Source: Octopus sinensis (lineage: Eukaryota). From it: a DNA stretch of 64,000 bases. The stretch lies in the NCBI RefSeq assembly GCF_006345805.1, contig NC_043004.1, positions 74,090,001 to 74,154,000 on the forward strand, read 5' to 3'. This document shows positions 40,516 to 54,504 of this stretch, in pieces. The first letter of the stretch is position 1. Each line of letters starts with the position of its first letter. The notes beneath the pieces were generated by a model. That model had not been told where the DNA came from and did no database searches. It was given only the letters and a program-made list of their open reading frames with translations. The position numbers and the translations under genes are program-made.

Positions 40516-42579
40516 GTAATACATTTTCAAAATTTCAATATGATTGTCGTTTGATAAACAGAATTACACAGTTATCTTCCCTTCAGGCCTTCGATGATAC
40601 TTATCTTTGTCTTGTCGTGATTGCAATGGCGTATGTAATTTATTTTCTTGATATAGTTAATGTTGTTATTGCTGTTTAAACTCTGTTGTCAATTAAGTTC
40701 CAGTTTTGATTTCTGCGTTGTTTTCATTTAAGTCTTTTTATATTAATTTCTTCGGCTCTCATACACAGTTACAAAATCACACACAGAAACACACACGTCC
40801 ACAAATATTCTGGTTCGGTTATTTGTTTTAGTGAGAAAGTTCAAAGATAGCTAACCATAAATGTCTAAGCAAATGCCTAAAAAGTTGAAAGAAATTAGAA
40901 CGTGGTACCAAATACTACGATCACATCGTTTGATTTGCAGGAAATAACATCCAAATGTACCACAAATCAAAAAGTACCTAACTATAGTGTGCTGTATCCT
41001 TAAAAGCAATATTTTCAGAAACTACATGTTTGGAACATCCATATGTCATCTCACACAAAGAATATTTAAGGTTAAAGAAAAACCACAATAGATGATAGGC
41101 AAAATTCATTATTCCTGGAGGTATTGGTTCCGGGTCTTTACGGTCTGCGTTTGAATACAATCGTTGTCAATTATACCTTTCCTCAATCTAGAGCGCGTGT
41201 GCGTGTGTATTTGTCTGTGTGTGTGTAGATGTACTTGTGTGTCTGTATGTTTGTGTGCATGTATTTGCGAGCGCGGGCTTGTGTATGTAAGGTAGTTATG
41301 TTTTTTCAGATCTTTTAAATATCAATTTTATCAAATTTAGTGTACATTCATTTGGAAATATAACACAAGAACCAGGAAAAGCTTCAGAAACAAGACAGGA
41401 TTCAATCATTTCAGTGCCTGAAGACACACTCCTGTTTCAACGATCGTCTGCCTGGTTGTCTTACTGAAGTTGTCATGTTTTATCAAAGTGGTTTGTTACG
41501 TTGCTAAATATTTGGGGTTTATTGGAGTCTTTATGTCTAAAGTAGAAAGAATTTATAATGTAGCCAAGCTGTAAGTAAAGTATGAAAATACTTATAGTTT
41601 GTGGACGTTGCAACCTTAAAAAAATGTGGAATGTCATATGAAGAAGAACGGTTTCAGTTACCCAATTAGCTTCTTCGGACAGGTCAGAAGTGATACATTG
41701 CTACTATGTGTTGTTAGCATAGATCTGCCGGGAATTTTTCCTGGTTGACAAATTTTAAGAGGACAGAAGATATGAAGAGGAGGGATTATTATTCTGTTGG
41801 AAGATGTAATGTTTGAATGATTATGCAGTCATTGGACGATTTATTAAGGATAGACTTTATGTGACTTCGTAAAGTGGAGGCTTAAATGTGAGAAATAAGA
41901 CAGAAATGTTTGGAGATTGATTCAGTTTGTTGATTAATGCTATCGCTTAAATACGATGCGAATTAGTGCAGATAAACCAAATTTTCAAAGGATTTCATTT
42001 CTCTACAGTTGCATCGCTGTGGGAGGTGTACAAATACTAAGAGTATTGGAATCATGAACAGGTAAAACTTAAGGATGATTACGGAGAGCTTACCTTCAAT
42101 TCTCATTCTAGTGAACTGTATATATCACCATGTTGTGACGAAATGGCAGATCGATTCAGGTCATTTTGTATTCGCAAGGTGTTCGAATAGGCATATGAGA
42201 ACTACATCAGTCGTTCATCATATCTCAAAGGGTATGTCGTATTTGGGGAAGAATTTGTACATATGCCGGTAAGTGAGAATATGTTCATCTATTTTGTTTA
42301 GGATTAAAGTGCGGTAGTGAATTTCTCTGTTATATAAGTAACTATAATTCCATGTATTTTTAAACGTTGTTGAATGTTATTTCTTACATGAAATTAATCA
42401 TTACTCTGTGATTAATTGTTAAAAATGTATTTAGAAAATGTTTGGCATTACTGGCGAAACGAATTGCAATACAGCGTTGAGCCACTAATGAGACACTTTG
42501 CTGTGATACTTTTGTAACGATTCATGCATCATCAGAGAAGACAGACACAGAGTAAAAGGTTTCTTCTTTTCTTGACGTG

Positions 42580-42666
42580 TATTGGGCAGAGCTCTATGCC
42601 AGCATTTTATTCCAGGTTTCATGAGACAACCTGGAATAAAATGCTGGCATAGAGCTCTGCCCAATA
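42580..42666. repeat. Perfect 39-bp inverted repeat with a 9-nt loop (MITE-like foldback)
   Basis: TATTGGGCAGAGCTCTATGCCAGCATTTTATTCCAGGTT-tcatgagac-exact reverse complement. The terminal TA could be a TSD. Confidence 0.9.
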
Positions 42667-42823
42667 TATATATGATTGCTGCCCCCTCGTTATCGAGTAT
42701 GGCCATTGCACGAGGCTTAACTGCTACTGGCACTGTGATCGAATGTGAATATATTTATTTATTTATTTATATTTATATTTATAATTATAATTATATTTAT
42801 ATTTATATATTTGTATGTATGCA

Positions 42824-42951
<128 letters not shown>

Positions 42952-43687
42952 TGTATGTATGTATGTATAGTATAAATAGAATGTCACATTTGTGGCATTT
43001 GAGTAGCTATTTCCTGCTAACAGTTCAAACACCAGAATAAAATGTGATAGATTCGTATCCGGCTATTATAAATGGCAGGATTTATGTGAACATCTATTTC
43101 TTAAACTGTTTTCCTCTGAACATAGGCCTTTGCAACCGAAATATAAATGCTTTTAAACCTTTATGTGTAGTCGGAAGCTTCCCTTCTTTGTCATTTCATC
43201 TACCATTTTACTTTTGTCGCGCGTCCGCGCGTGTGCCTGTGTGTGTCTGATTCTGTGTGGTATATCTAAAATGTCTCCTAAATCTACTCGATTCTGCGCT
43301 TTCAAGATACTAAAGGAGAGTTAAATCTTCCGCCAAGTGGAGAAAAAATTCTGACACTGCACGTAATAATCCTTCCAGATATTTTTGTTTATTACTTCGT
43401 CGTTCACTTCCACCTCTCATGTGGTATACAAAAAGGCACTCACATCTTTCTACAGAATTCTGTCTCTGTTAAGCCCACGCCACGCGTTTCTCTTATTAGT
43501 TCTCTTTCACAACTGCCTTTCTCCGTTTGTTCTCTCTCGAACTCTATCTTACTCTCCCTCTCTCCGTCCTCATTCTCTCTATCTCCCTCTCACCCTCCTG
43601 ATCTCTCACTCCATCTCATTCTCGCCTTTCTTGTCTCTCAGGTTTGTCTGATTCCTTCTTCCTTTTTGTTCAATTTTGTATTTGCAG

Positions 43688-43839
43688 GTGAAATTAGCTT
43701 TGAGAAAAAATAATACCGATGTCCATTCATTAATTTTCGACGGAAGAGGGACAACTTACAAATCGTGGTTCAGTGACAGTAGACTCATTTCCACACCGTG
43801 GTTTGGAAATTTATCAGCAAACTACAATTTGTATTTCAA
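43688..43839 (+). CDS. PAN-like protein, coding exon 3
   Basis: tttgtatttgcag|GTG. Encodes VKLALRKNNTDVHSLIFDGRGTTYKSWFSDSRLISTPWFGNLSANYNLYF. Phase-2 donor at 43839 (gtacat), with an alternative in-phase donor at 43830 (gtattt). Confidence 0.75.
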
Positions 43840-43888
43840 GTACATATTAAACCCTTACAGTTCTATATTTAAGAGATGAGCAATTATG

Positions 43889-44124
43889 TACATTATTTAC
43901 ATTATTTATATTTGACAGATATTTGTCCTAATCTTGTTTGTTATTAACACAACGTTTCTGCCGATATACCCTCCAGCATTCTTCAGGTGTCTTGGAGAAC
44001 CCATGTTCGAAATTTCCCCAAGAAACCTGATGAAGGCTGGGGGGTATATCGGCAGAAACGTTGTGTTAACAACAAACAAGATTAGGACAAATATCCGTCA
44101 AATGTAAATAATGTAAATAATGTA
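43889..44124. repeat. ~100-bp inverted repeat (6 mismatches) made of Penelope pLTR-like sequence
   Basis: 43889-43988 pairs with 44025-44124. Each arm contains CUGA(A/U)GA..GCUG..CGGC-A-GAAACGUU. Confidence 0.8.
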
Positions 44125-47100
44125 TTTTAACCTTTTGTTTCTTTTGGTATCAACAGTTTTTCTATGATAATAATTACGATTTCTCACCTAGGTCGACAGT
44201 TACATATTTTGGAAGAAGGGTACAATTAACTATGGTGCATCAATCTCAGTTATTAATTAGAGTTCGTTTATCGATCTCGGAAGACTAAATTACAAGCATG
44301 GTCAAACTCAAGGAATAAAACCGACTACAGAATGGACCGTTGATTGCAATCTTATTGATTCTCCTTACTATAATTCTCTTAAATGACGACGACGACGATA
44401 ACAATGATGATGATGATGATCATCATCATCATCATCAAAATAATAATGGTGGTAGTGGAGATGGTGATAGAGATGATGGTGATGATGATGATAATTTTGG
44501 CTGGTGATGTTGATGATGATGATGTGGTGGTGATGGTGGTAGTGGTGATGACGATGAGGAAGAGGAGAAGGAGGAGGAAGAGAAGGAAGAAGAGGAAAAG
44601 AGCAGGAGAAAGTGGAGGATGATGTTGTTGTTGTTGGTGGTAGGGTAATCTTGGGTCAAGTATAGACAGCTTTTGGGTACTGACATATAAAATATTGCCA
44701 TGGGCTCACAACACCCTACCAGCCAGACAATGGTGCCTATCTTAAAACGACTCTTACTTTGTATATCACATTAGTAAGCGGCAACAGTTGAGCATGCGTT
44801 CTGGGTACCGACAAGAATATTCTGAGCATTCACTTATAGATAACTTTCAAGTCAGAGCTTATATGTAGACAACTTCCGAAGGTTTTTTGGCATGTCAGTG
44901 CTATAGAAGTGGTTACTATTACCTGTTCCACACAAGCTCTATAATTACAGAAGTGCTTACAAATGTGTGCTGGCAGGGTCACACAGGTCATGTTTTCTGA
45001 GTCCCGGTATTAGTAATTTGAGGGCACGTGTCGAACATCAGGTGTCTTATGTAGGAGCTTTAGTCTCTCAACTAAATTTATCTGGTGAATTGACGCACCA
45101 CCTCTCTTTAGAAGGGAAGGTTGGCTTATCTTCATTTCCTTAGTTGCTATGGCAAAAGATGTGGGTGTAGTGGATTCGATTGAAGGGCTTGAATGTTTGA
45201 CAACAAGTATTTTGCACTTTGCTCAAGCTCTTATCTAGTACCACCAGAAGAGGAACCACGGGGCAGAGAGGCAGTTGCATGTGTTTCTAGTTCCTAATGT
45301 GTTCGACAAATGACGGGTGACAGCAGTGATACAGGCGACGCTGAACGAACATAGCCGGAGTATTTTTTATATGAGACGATAGAATCAACAACGAGGCACT
45401 TTTAATGCTTTAGGTTTATCGAAATGATCCGGGCATTTTTGTGTGGATTTCCTCCAAAATTACATTTGATGGTATTCCCACATAATGGAGTTCTCTTTTT
45501 ATTTCTTTATTGTTAAACGGTTTCTAATTCTTTGTTTTTACTCGGTGTAAAACCCATTTTTGTTTACTACTAATACTAGTACTGCTGCTGCTGCTGTTGT
45601 TGTTGTTGTTGTTAAGTTATAGAAGACGGGAGGAGTGATTAGGTTATGGTCTAGGGCTTAGGGGCGGGAAAATAACTTTGGTCGTTTTGTTGTAGTCGGG
45701 GGCTCTTCGTTGACGCCCAACACCACTGGGAGGTGTCCCTCGAAGTCGCTGGAAATGGAGATCTCCAGGCCCAAATTCTTGAGCGGCTACTGATGTTGCT
45801 TGTCTAAGAAATATATTTATGCATATATAATGCAGCCGTTATTTATGGCCGATCAGAAAGATGTCATTGGTCTCCTGTCTATTATTGTCCTTATCGGCGT
45901 TCACGAAACCTGCTAGCCTGAGACACATAACCTCTTTACTAACTTAGGTAGGAATACAGTCTTGGTCAGCAAGGTTGTAGAAAGTGAGCCTGAAACGAAA
46001 TTCTTCGAAGCGAAAATCCTCTTCTGGGCGATATGGAGTTACTTCCCTTTCAACGGTTCCGAAAATGATCAATTTATGCATGATTTCCGTTTGCTGCTCA
46101 GCAAGACGGGGAAGTCTGTGCCTCCAACATGAAATTTCTTTTACGAGGGCACCGACTAAACATTTCACTTTTGGAATTTAAGAAGGCTCTCAGTCAAGCA
46201 AAGTTGACTCCGTCTGCTTCCGTTAATGTTTGATCCATATTATTTCAAGTGATTTCGCTTAATCCTGTATAACGTTCGCTCTTCTTTTCAACGCGTTATG
46301 TACTTGGCAAAAGACGTGACATTGTGCTATTCTGGGATTCTAGAAGGGAACCTGTGGTTGTCTAGTCATAGCTGAAAGGGCTTTTCCGTTGCTCCAACAT
46401 ATTTCCATGTGTTTCTCCTTACGTTGTTGGTGCTGCCATTTTTGCAATTGTTGTCACTATTGCTATTCTTACTTCTGGATAGATTGGTGGTGCTGCTGTT
46501 GCTGTTGTTGTTGTTAACGCAACAGTTACAGCTACTATTACCGGCCGTGTTGTTGATGCTGTTGTTGCTGCTGCGTAGATCACAACCAGGGATTTGCATC
46601 GATCACCCATTGGGCATTCAATGTGAAGAGATTAGGGGCGTTCACAATATATTTTTAACACTGGTCACACAACTGAATGAGGCCTTTAACTTATATATAT
46701 GCTTATATAACTAAAAGATCTTTCCCACGTTCATCTCCAATGCGTCGAATCCCGACCGACTGTCGAACTAGAAATGCACATATATTGAGTAAGTGTATTC
46801 GATATTGTTTACAACACAAGAACTGGATTATGTAGATCTAAATAAACTACTTCCGAAAACGAATTATACGATGAAGGTCGAGGCTGACAAATTTATTTAG
46901 AGATGGCTTTGCTCCGAACTGAACTGGAGCTAAATAATATGACCCGACTTCCCTAAATTAAAATTTTTGTATTTTATGTAGTAGATAACAGACTGGGAAT
47001 GATATATTAACCTATTTCAATGATTAAATGATAAACTGAATGATTTCATTAAACAGAACTAATTGTCGTAAATACGGCCGTAAAGTACTCCGTTCTCACG

Positions 47101-47139
47101 AACTTTATTGAATTCATCGGTTGTAATCTATTGTTGCAG

Positions 47140-47249
47140 CGAAGAGAGATTTGCCATCTGGCCACATACACTATACAGTGCGATGAAAGCACAAAAGAAG
47201 GATGGTAACAACACAGGTTACGCTGTACATTACAGAGAGAATTTAAAAA
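47140..47249 (+). CDS. PAN-like protein, coding exon 4
   Basis: ctattgttgcag|C...A|gtaagt. 110 nt, phase 2-1, encoding EERFAIWPHTLYSAMKAQKKDGNNTGYAVHYRENLK. Confidence 0.7.
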
Positions 47250-49425
47250 GTAAGTATTATATTTCTTTCTTGTGTAACATTAGAGTTAGTCGGTCTATTT
47301 CTCTTGCTTGAAAATCTTAACGCCTCCAGATTATCGCTTCGACATTTACCAACGTAACCAAGTTCACGAGTGATTATCCATATAAACGTGATTATATAAT
47401 CATTGATATAAATCCGAATATGTAATAGAATTAAAGGAGCTGCTGCTATACTAATCTTAATCACCCAGTCTTCCCTTTTCTCTTCTGTGATGGAGGCTGT
47501 CAATATCGATGGTTCCGCGGAAATTTGTGATTAATGTCTATAGAACGGCTTCTCCCATTAGACCAGCCGAGTATGCTAGATGTCAACTACGTCTCGTCCT
47601 TCTTTATTTAGACCAATTCTGCTTTTAATCCTTTCGGGAAAAATTAAAATAAGTACCAGTAAGATACTAGGGTTGATGCAAAGAACTTACCACTCCCCCG
47701 AAATTGCTGGCTTTGCACCAATATTTGAAACCAATAGAAATATATAAGACCATATCCCATAATGCATCTACAGCATCTGCACTTTTCCCGGCGTGCCAAC
47801 GATTCTGCCAGATCGCCGCCATAAAGTCAAATGTATTATTATCGCTATTTAAGACATCGTGCTGGCAAAATCGTTCGGAAGCCTGGACAAGTTCAAATGC
47901 CGCAGGGGTTGACTTGACCTTTCATTCTTTTTAGTCGAGAAATAAGTAGCACCTGAGTGCTGGGGATTTACAACCCTACCCGAAATTGCTGATCTTGTGC
48001 CAAAACTTGAAACCAATATTATCACCATTACTAGTAATATTATTATTAGGTATGCAGACTTTAGCTTGTCGCGGTTTTGATTAGGTATGTGTGTTCGAAG
48101 TATTCTGGAGGCTGTGGAACGTACCAACGTTTTCAGTTGCGCCTGTGTTTAAGTGTGTGTACTTTTTTATGAATTGAAGTGTTTATAGGAATAGTTATAA
48201 CCGGAGTTAATCTACAATCGCTTATGTTCTAAAAATTCCTGAACTTAGCGACCTACTGTTAGCAGTTTGAAAGCCATAAGGCCAACGCGGCTTTTCTGTA
48301 CCTGCAGTTTTGTGCTTTTCTTTCTTCTCACTGTAATGCTGACCGCTGGTTACTCTGTTCTTTTTGCGAGCGTGGTGCTAATGGCGAGGGTCCTGATGCT
48401 CTCACCATTGACAAAATTCCACAAAAGTAGGTTCTGGTTACAACAACTTCCACTGTGTATCTTTTTCTGAGGAAACGTTTCCCACATAATGCGGGGCTTT
48501 TCAAAAACCTTTTGGATAAAAGGATATTGGAAGGCCCTGATAAAGGATCAACCCAAAGCAAGACTAAGTGATTGACTCTTCTTTTGTTTCTTTCTCTCTT
48601 CCTGGAACCACAATTCTAAGAATAGGTTGTATAAATGCTCGTGGCCTGAGGGCAGTATGAAAGAGAGACATACATACATGCATGTATATATATATATACA
48701 TACATATATGCATGCATGCATACATACATACATACATACATACATACATACATACATACAGACATACATACATACATACATACATACATACTTATGTATT
48801 TGTGTAATGGATTTTTTATGATTTTGTACTGTATCACGCGAAGATCATGAACCGACCTTCTCCAGGTTTTTAATCATGCTCTCCGCTAAAACACATCCGC
48901 CGGCTTTTATTTTAATCCGAAGTTAGATTATAGATATATTCACTTGTGCATTCATATATAATCTATCTGGTTGGTTTAAAGCAAAATTCCATAGAAGTTC
49001 TAATACGAATTGAAAACGTTTAACATAAGACTTAAATATTACAGCATGACAGAATATTCTGGAATCCATATTAATCTTTCTTCCCGACATTCATTTAAAA
49101 TGCCTTATAATTATGAAATCGCCTTAAAAACCAGGCATCCTAAATACAAGGAATTATATATTATTCGTTGACTGACAAATATCGAAGGCTAAACTAATAA
49201 AGCTAACACTGTTTTTCCTAATAATCAGTAATATTCGATTATTTGTATTTAAAATTTTAAACTATTTGATGAAGTCCTTTTTGATAGCTATTTAATTCTT
49301 CGCTTTTTATTATATTTCTTCGTCATTGTATATGAATTTTTTTTATCTAAACAACAATGCCAGTTTTATAAAGAACCACAATCTGTATTTCAGTTGATTT
49401 AAAGCGAATTTTTCTTTTATTTCAG

Positions 49426-49481
49426 ATGCAAGCGAGAGGAATTATGTAGATGCTATGGATATCTACATCTTATTGACATAG
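49426..49481 (+). CDS. PAN-like protein, terminal coding exon
   Basis: tttttcttttatttcag|AT, phase 1, encoding (N)[17 protein letters not shown]. Completes a ~247-aa spliced ORF. Confidence 0.72.
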
Positions 49482-49498
49482 ATATATACATACATACA

Positions 49499-49558
<60 letters not shown>

Positions 49559-49635
49559 TACACACATATATATATACATATAAAATAGAGACAGACAGAC
49601 AGAGAATGAGAGATGCATATATATATATATATATA

Positions 49636-49684
<49 letters not shown>

Positions 49685-50116
49685 GCACACGTACACACAC
49701 ATATATATACAGATAGATATACAAACAGAGAGGGGAAGGGACAGACACAAATGTAGAACTATATACAACATAAAGTATCTTTGCTCTTTAGTATTTTCTG
49801 TATTTTTTCATTGACTCTGAAAGCGTTGCCTTGCTTTGTAAACACTTAATAATCCTGAAGAAATATCGCAAAATGCTTCGCCATCTGCCCGTCTCTTGTT
49901 ATTAGTTCACTGTAACACATTTTTCTAAAATATAAGCAAATGACTGAAAAATGATGAGCTAACCCCAGGCAGGATCGAAATTACAAATCGACGCTTTCAT
50001 AGCTCCTTGCGAATCTGATTGGCCAAACGCTCACCCATCAATTTCAGTCAAATTTAGTTACACTGTCTTGATACTGCATAAGTATTTTTTATAACAAACC
50101 CGAAAGGCTTTGCGAG

Positions 50117-50205
<89 letters not shown>

Positions 50206-51466
50206 GGGGGGGGGTCATGAATCCGACTGCATTTTCTAGTAGGGATCTGGTTCCGTAGGTTTAGGGTTTTGGTGCGGAGTCACCTCTTAGACATTATTTC
50301 CCCCCGATCTACTTAAAGTAGTAGAACCTCGCAGAATAGGAGGATCTCTCAGAGTCTCACCTAAGTGTTTATTAGCCACTCGAAGAAGGTAACTGGGAAC
50401 ATCCGGCGCAAATGGGTCCGGGTAACTTTTCAGTTGCCCACCTAAAAGAAGTTAACTCCTGAAATATAACTACTGGGCTCGTGGTACAAGAGGTTATGAT
50501 TGGTTCTGCACGAACCTTCCCACTACTATAGTAAACCCCTATGGCTATCATCCTTTGAGGCTCAATGGCGGCTACGAATGTATTGACTTGTCTTGCTTCG
50601 TAACTTCTAAATTAATGGGAAAATGGAAAGCGTAATTCAGAGACAAACAGGAGATATCAGAGATAGTTAAAAAACTGTCTCTACAATACAGTCGACTAAA
50701 TACACAAACAAAGGCAAACAATACAAGGGGTACTGAAAAACATTCTGGCTTTAGGACTCGCGAATAGCCTGGTTGGAGGCCCAACCATCCGAGTTCTTTG
50801 ACAAAGTTTAGAAAAACTGAAGAAACGCTACGATAAGATTTAATTATTTCAATTTCATCTATAGATTTTAATCTTTAATTCTAATTCCAATATAACCTTC
50901 CCTTTCTCAGTTCTATTATATTCCTTATAAACATTTGCAATTCCTATTTTTTTGACATATTCTATTATATTCCGCAAATTATTTCACTCGATGTCACACA
51001 ATATTTCGATTCACTTATCATTTACAATTATTTTCCCACTAGCCACGCTGTTTAATAATAGTTACCCATTTAGATTTAAATGCTCAATCAATTAACTGGT
51101 TTCTAAAAGTTATTATATATAATTATTATAACAATTATTATATAAATAATAACTATTGTATAAATTATTATAATAATTATTATTTCATTATTCATTATTC
51201 AAAAGTGTTCGACAAATGGGTCACATGAAGCTTCTTCATGTGTGAATTCTTTTCGGCTTTCATGAATCAGCATTTCACCCTACCTTAGGTATTTCAGCAC
51301 TGTTTTCTCACCTTTTTGCATTTATATGTTTAAATGTGTATACAAACACCCCCACCCCACGCATACAGGGATATATATATATATATATAAATTTATACTT
51401 ATACAAATGTATTATATATATATATTTATATACACACACACACATATATATATACATATGCAATAC

Positions 51467-51519
<53 letters not shown>

Positions 51520-51574
51520 CATATATGTAATACATAAGTAAATATACATATTTAATATATATATAATATATATA

Positions 51575-51610
<36 letters not shown>

Positions 51611-52935
51611 ATATTACATTATATTATATTATATTATATTATATTATATTATATTATATATAAAACCGTGTGAGTGAATTTGGTAGACGGAAACTGAAAG
51701 AAGCCTATCATATATATGTAGGTATTTGTGTGTCTGTGTTTGTCCTCCCAGCATTGCTTGACAACAGACGTAAATGTGTTTATGTCCCCGTATTCTATCG
51801 GTTCGAAAAAAGAGACCGATGATATAAGTACTAGGCTTACAAAAAATATGTCCTGGGGTTAATTTTTCGACTAAGGGGATGCCCCAGTATAGCCGTAGTC
51901 AAATGACTGAAACAAATAGAAGAGTAAAAGAATTATATATTTATATATATACATATAGGAAAACGTGCGCAACAAAGTACCATTTTGTGTTAGAAACAGC
52001 TGTCGATGAGCATTTGACGCTAAGTAAAGCTTCATTTTACGTTACATTATTTTGCAGACGCGCGCGCACACACACAAGCACACACAAATACACACACATA
52101 AATATATCACGAATTCCAGAACAACGCATTAGTCCATAATACTATCCAGATAACCAACTATTTGACACATTTTAGCACCAAAACTTACCAATAGTTCCGA
52201 AGCTTACAGAAATCATCATCGATAGTCATTTTGAAGATACTGAGAAAATGAAAAATGCTGTGACAACTCCACATTGGAGGACTTCTATAGGGCTTTCACC
52301 AACTAGTTCGTGTATTAGTTTAACGCTCTGGAACAATGAAATGATGTTTTACGTTCAGAGCTTACGCTCTTCAACAGACAGGATTAAGAGGAAAATAAGG
52401 GAGAGGGAATGAAAAAAAACGGAGAAAAATATGTAGAGATTAAAGGTGGAACATAGTAAAACGTACATATATATATCTTTATAAAATCAAAATATGCAAC
52501 AGGATATCAAGAAACGATGCAGTACGACCGTTTCAAATATTTTAATAGAGCAAGATGGAAGAAATCTCTGCTCTGTTAAATTATTTGAGACAAATTATAT
52601 TAATGCGTCCAACTGATTAAAATTCTACTTATTTCTGCAGCTGATGATAGCCCCGCATTTAAATTGATGTAAATATTGCATTGTTCAATTAAATGGATCC
52701 GCTCGAAACGGACGTACTGCCTCACTTCTAGATATCCTGTTGCTTATTTTGATTTTATTCACGTTACTTCAAGTTTTGCGGATAATACCGGACTGACTTG
52801 GTACTTCAAGTTAAGTACGTAATTCAACTGAATCTCAATTATTTCTATATGTATGTATGTATGTTTGCATGTATGTGTGTATGTATGTATGTATGTATGT
52901 ATGTATGTATGTTTGTATGTTTGTATGTATGTATG

Positions 52936-52966
<31 letters not shown>

Positions 52967-53062
52967 GTATGTATGTATGTATGTATGTTTGTATGTATGT
53001 ATGTATTTATGTATGTATGCATGTATATATGTATATGTGTGTGTGCGTGTGTATGTATGCAT

Positions 53063-53093
<31 letters not shown>

Positions 53094-53189
53094 GTAAGTA
53101 TATGTGCAGATTTGTATGTTTTGCTTTATGTATGTATTCTCATGCATATAGCTGCACATCTAGACATGCTCATATATATACTTAAATGT

Positions 53190-53500
53190 TAAACTTCTGG
53201 AAAGTTTTGCATAATTTTACAGTTCCAGTGATGGATTGGATCTGTAGTCTTCGAATCAGCTTTCTCCTTTTCTGGTTTAAAAAAAACTAATTTCTCAAGA
53301 TGGGTATTTCGGCAGTGTGTTACGTATCCCTGGGCTCCAATAATTACAGGTATAAACCTGAACTTGTAACCTGGGTAGAGTGACTGCAGATTTCTCAATA
53401 GCTCAGCGTAGGAATTCTCTTTTTCCCTGATCTGCAGCTAATTTCCACAACTATACAAACTTTCTCTCCTCTATCACAAATTAGTACATCAGCTTTTTGT
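53190..53500 (-). mobile_element. RLE-type (R4/Dong-like) non-LTR C-terminal fragment
   Basis: YAELLRNLQSLYPGYKFRFIPVIIGAQG matches the KYxxL..PVIIGALG terminus of restriction-like endonucleases. Confidence 0.6.
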
Positions 53501-54195
53501 ACTTCTATTTTAATGTGGTTTTTACAGGGACATACCACTATGTATGTATGTATGTATGTATGTATGTATGTATGTATGTATGTATGTATGTATTTATGTA
53601 TTTATGTATGTATGTATGTATGTATGTATGTATGTATGTATGTATGTATATATATATGTATATATACGTACTTGATATGCATACATGTATATATTGATAG
53701 AAATGCATGTATGTGTGTACATAAATGTGTATGTGTCTACATATGCATATATATCACGGTATTTTCGCAGGTTTAAAATCCATTGATCTTTATTTTGTAT
53801 CCCGTACGCTCACTTACTTATGTACTTGACAATTAGTGAATGGCAAACTGAAATCGAGAAGATCGACTAACACCGGAAGGTGCTGCCCAAGCATGGCCGC
53901 AGTGTAAAGCCTGAAAGACGGAAACCAGTAAAGCAATAGTAGAATATAAGTTGTTGTGTTGCACTCATATTCCAAGTGATTCTGATATAATTCTTTTGCG
54001 AAAAGCAAAGAGTACTTCATCGTTTTACAGTTTTATCGGGCATTAAAATTATACAGTTCAATTCACTTATATTTCATTATAAACTTATAATAATCATACA
54101 TGTTATTTGATATCAGGAACTTTTGTTGCGCATATTTTACATGATCTTTCACACAATTTCGTGGACCCGAAGTGAAATATTTTGGTAAATGTTAA

Positions 54196-54318
<123 letters not shown>

Positions 54319-54349
54319 ATATATATAAATATATATATATGTATATATG

Positions 54350-54406
<57 letters not shown>

Positions 54407-54471
54407 ATATATATATATATATGTGTATGTATGTATATATATGTATATGTACATATATATGTGTATATACA

Positions 54472-54504
<33 letters not shown>

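Noticed and set aside
41415-41455. CUGAAGA...AACGAUCGUC hammerhead relic
   Set aside because: GAAA is replaced by UCAA and helix I does not pair, so it is at best a dead copy.
45640-46330. Possible Harbinger/PIF transposase relic (FYNLADQDC)
   Set aside because: The similarity covers only a few residues and no catalytic motifs were found.
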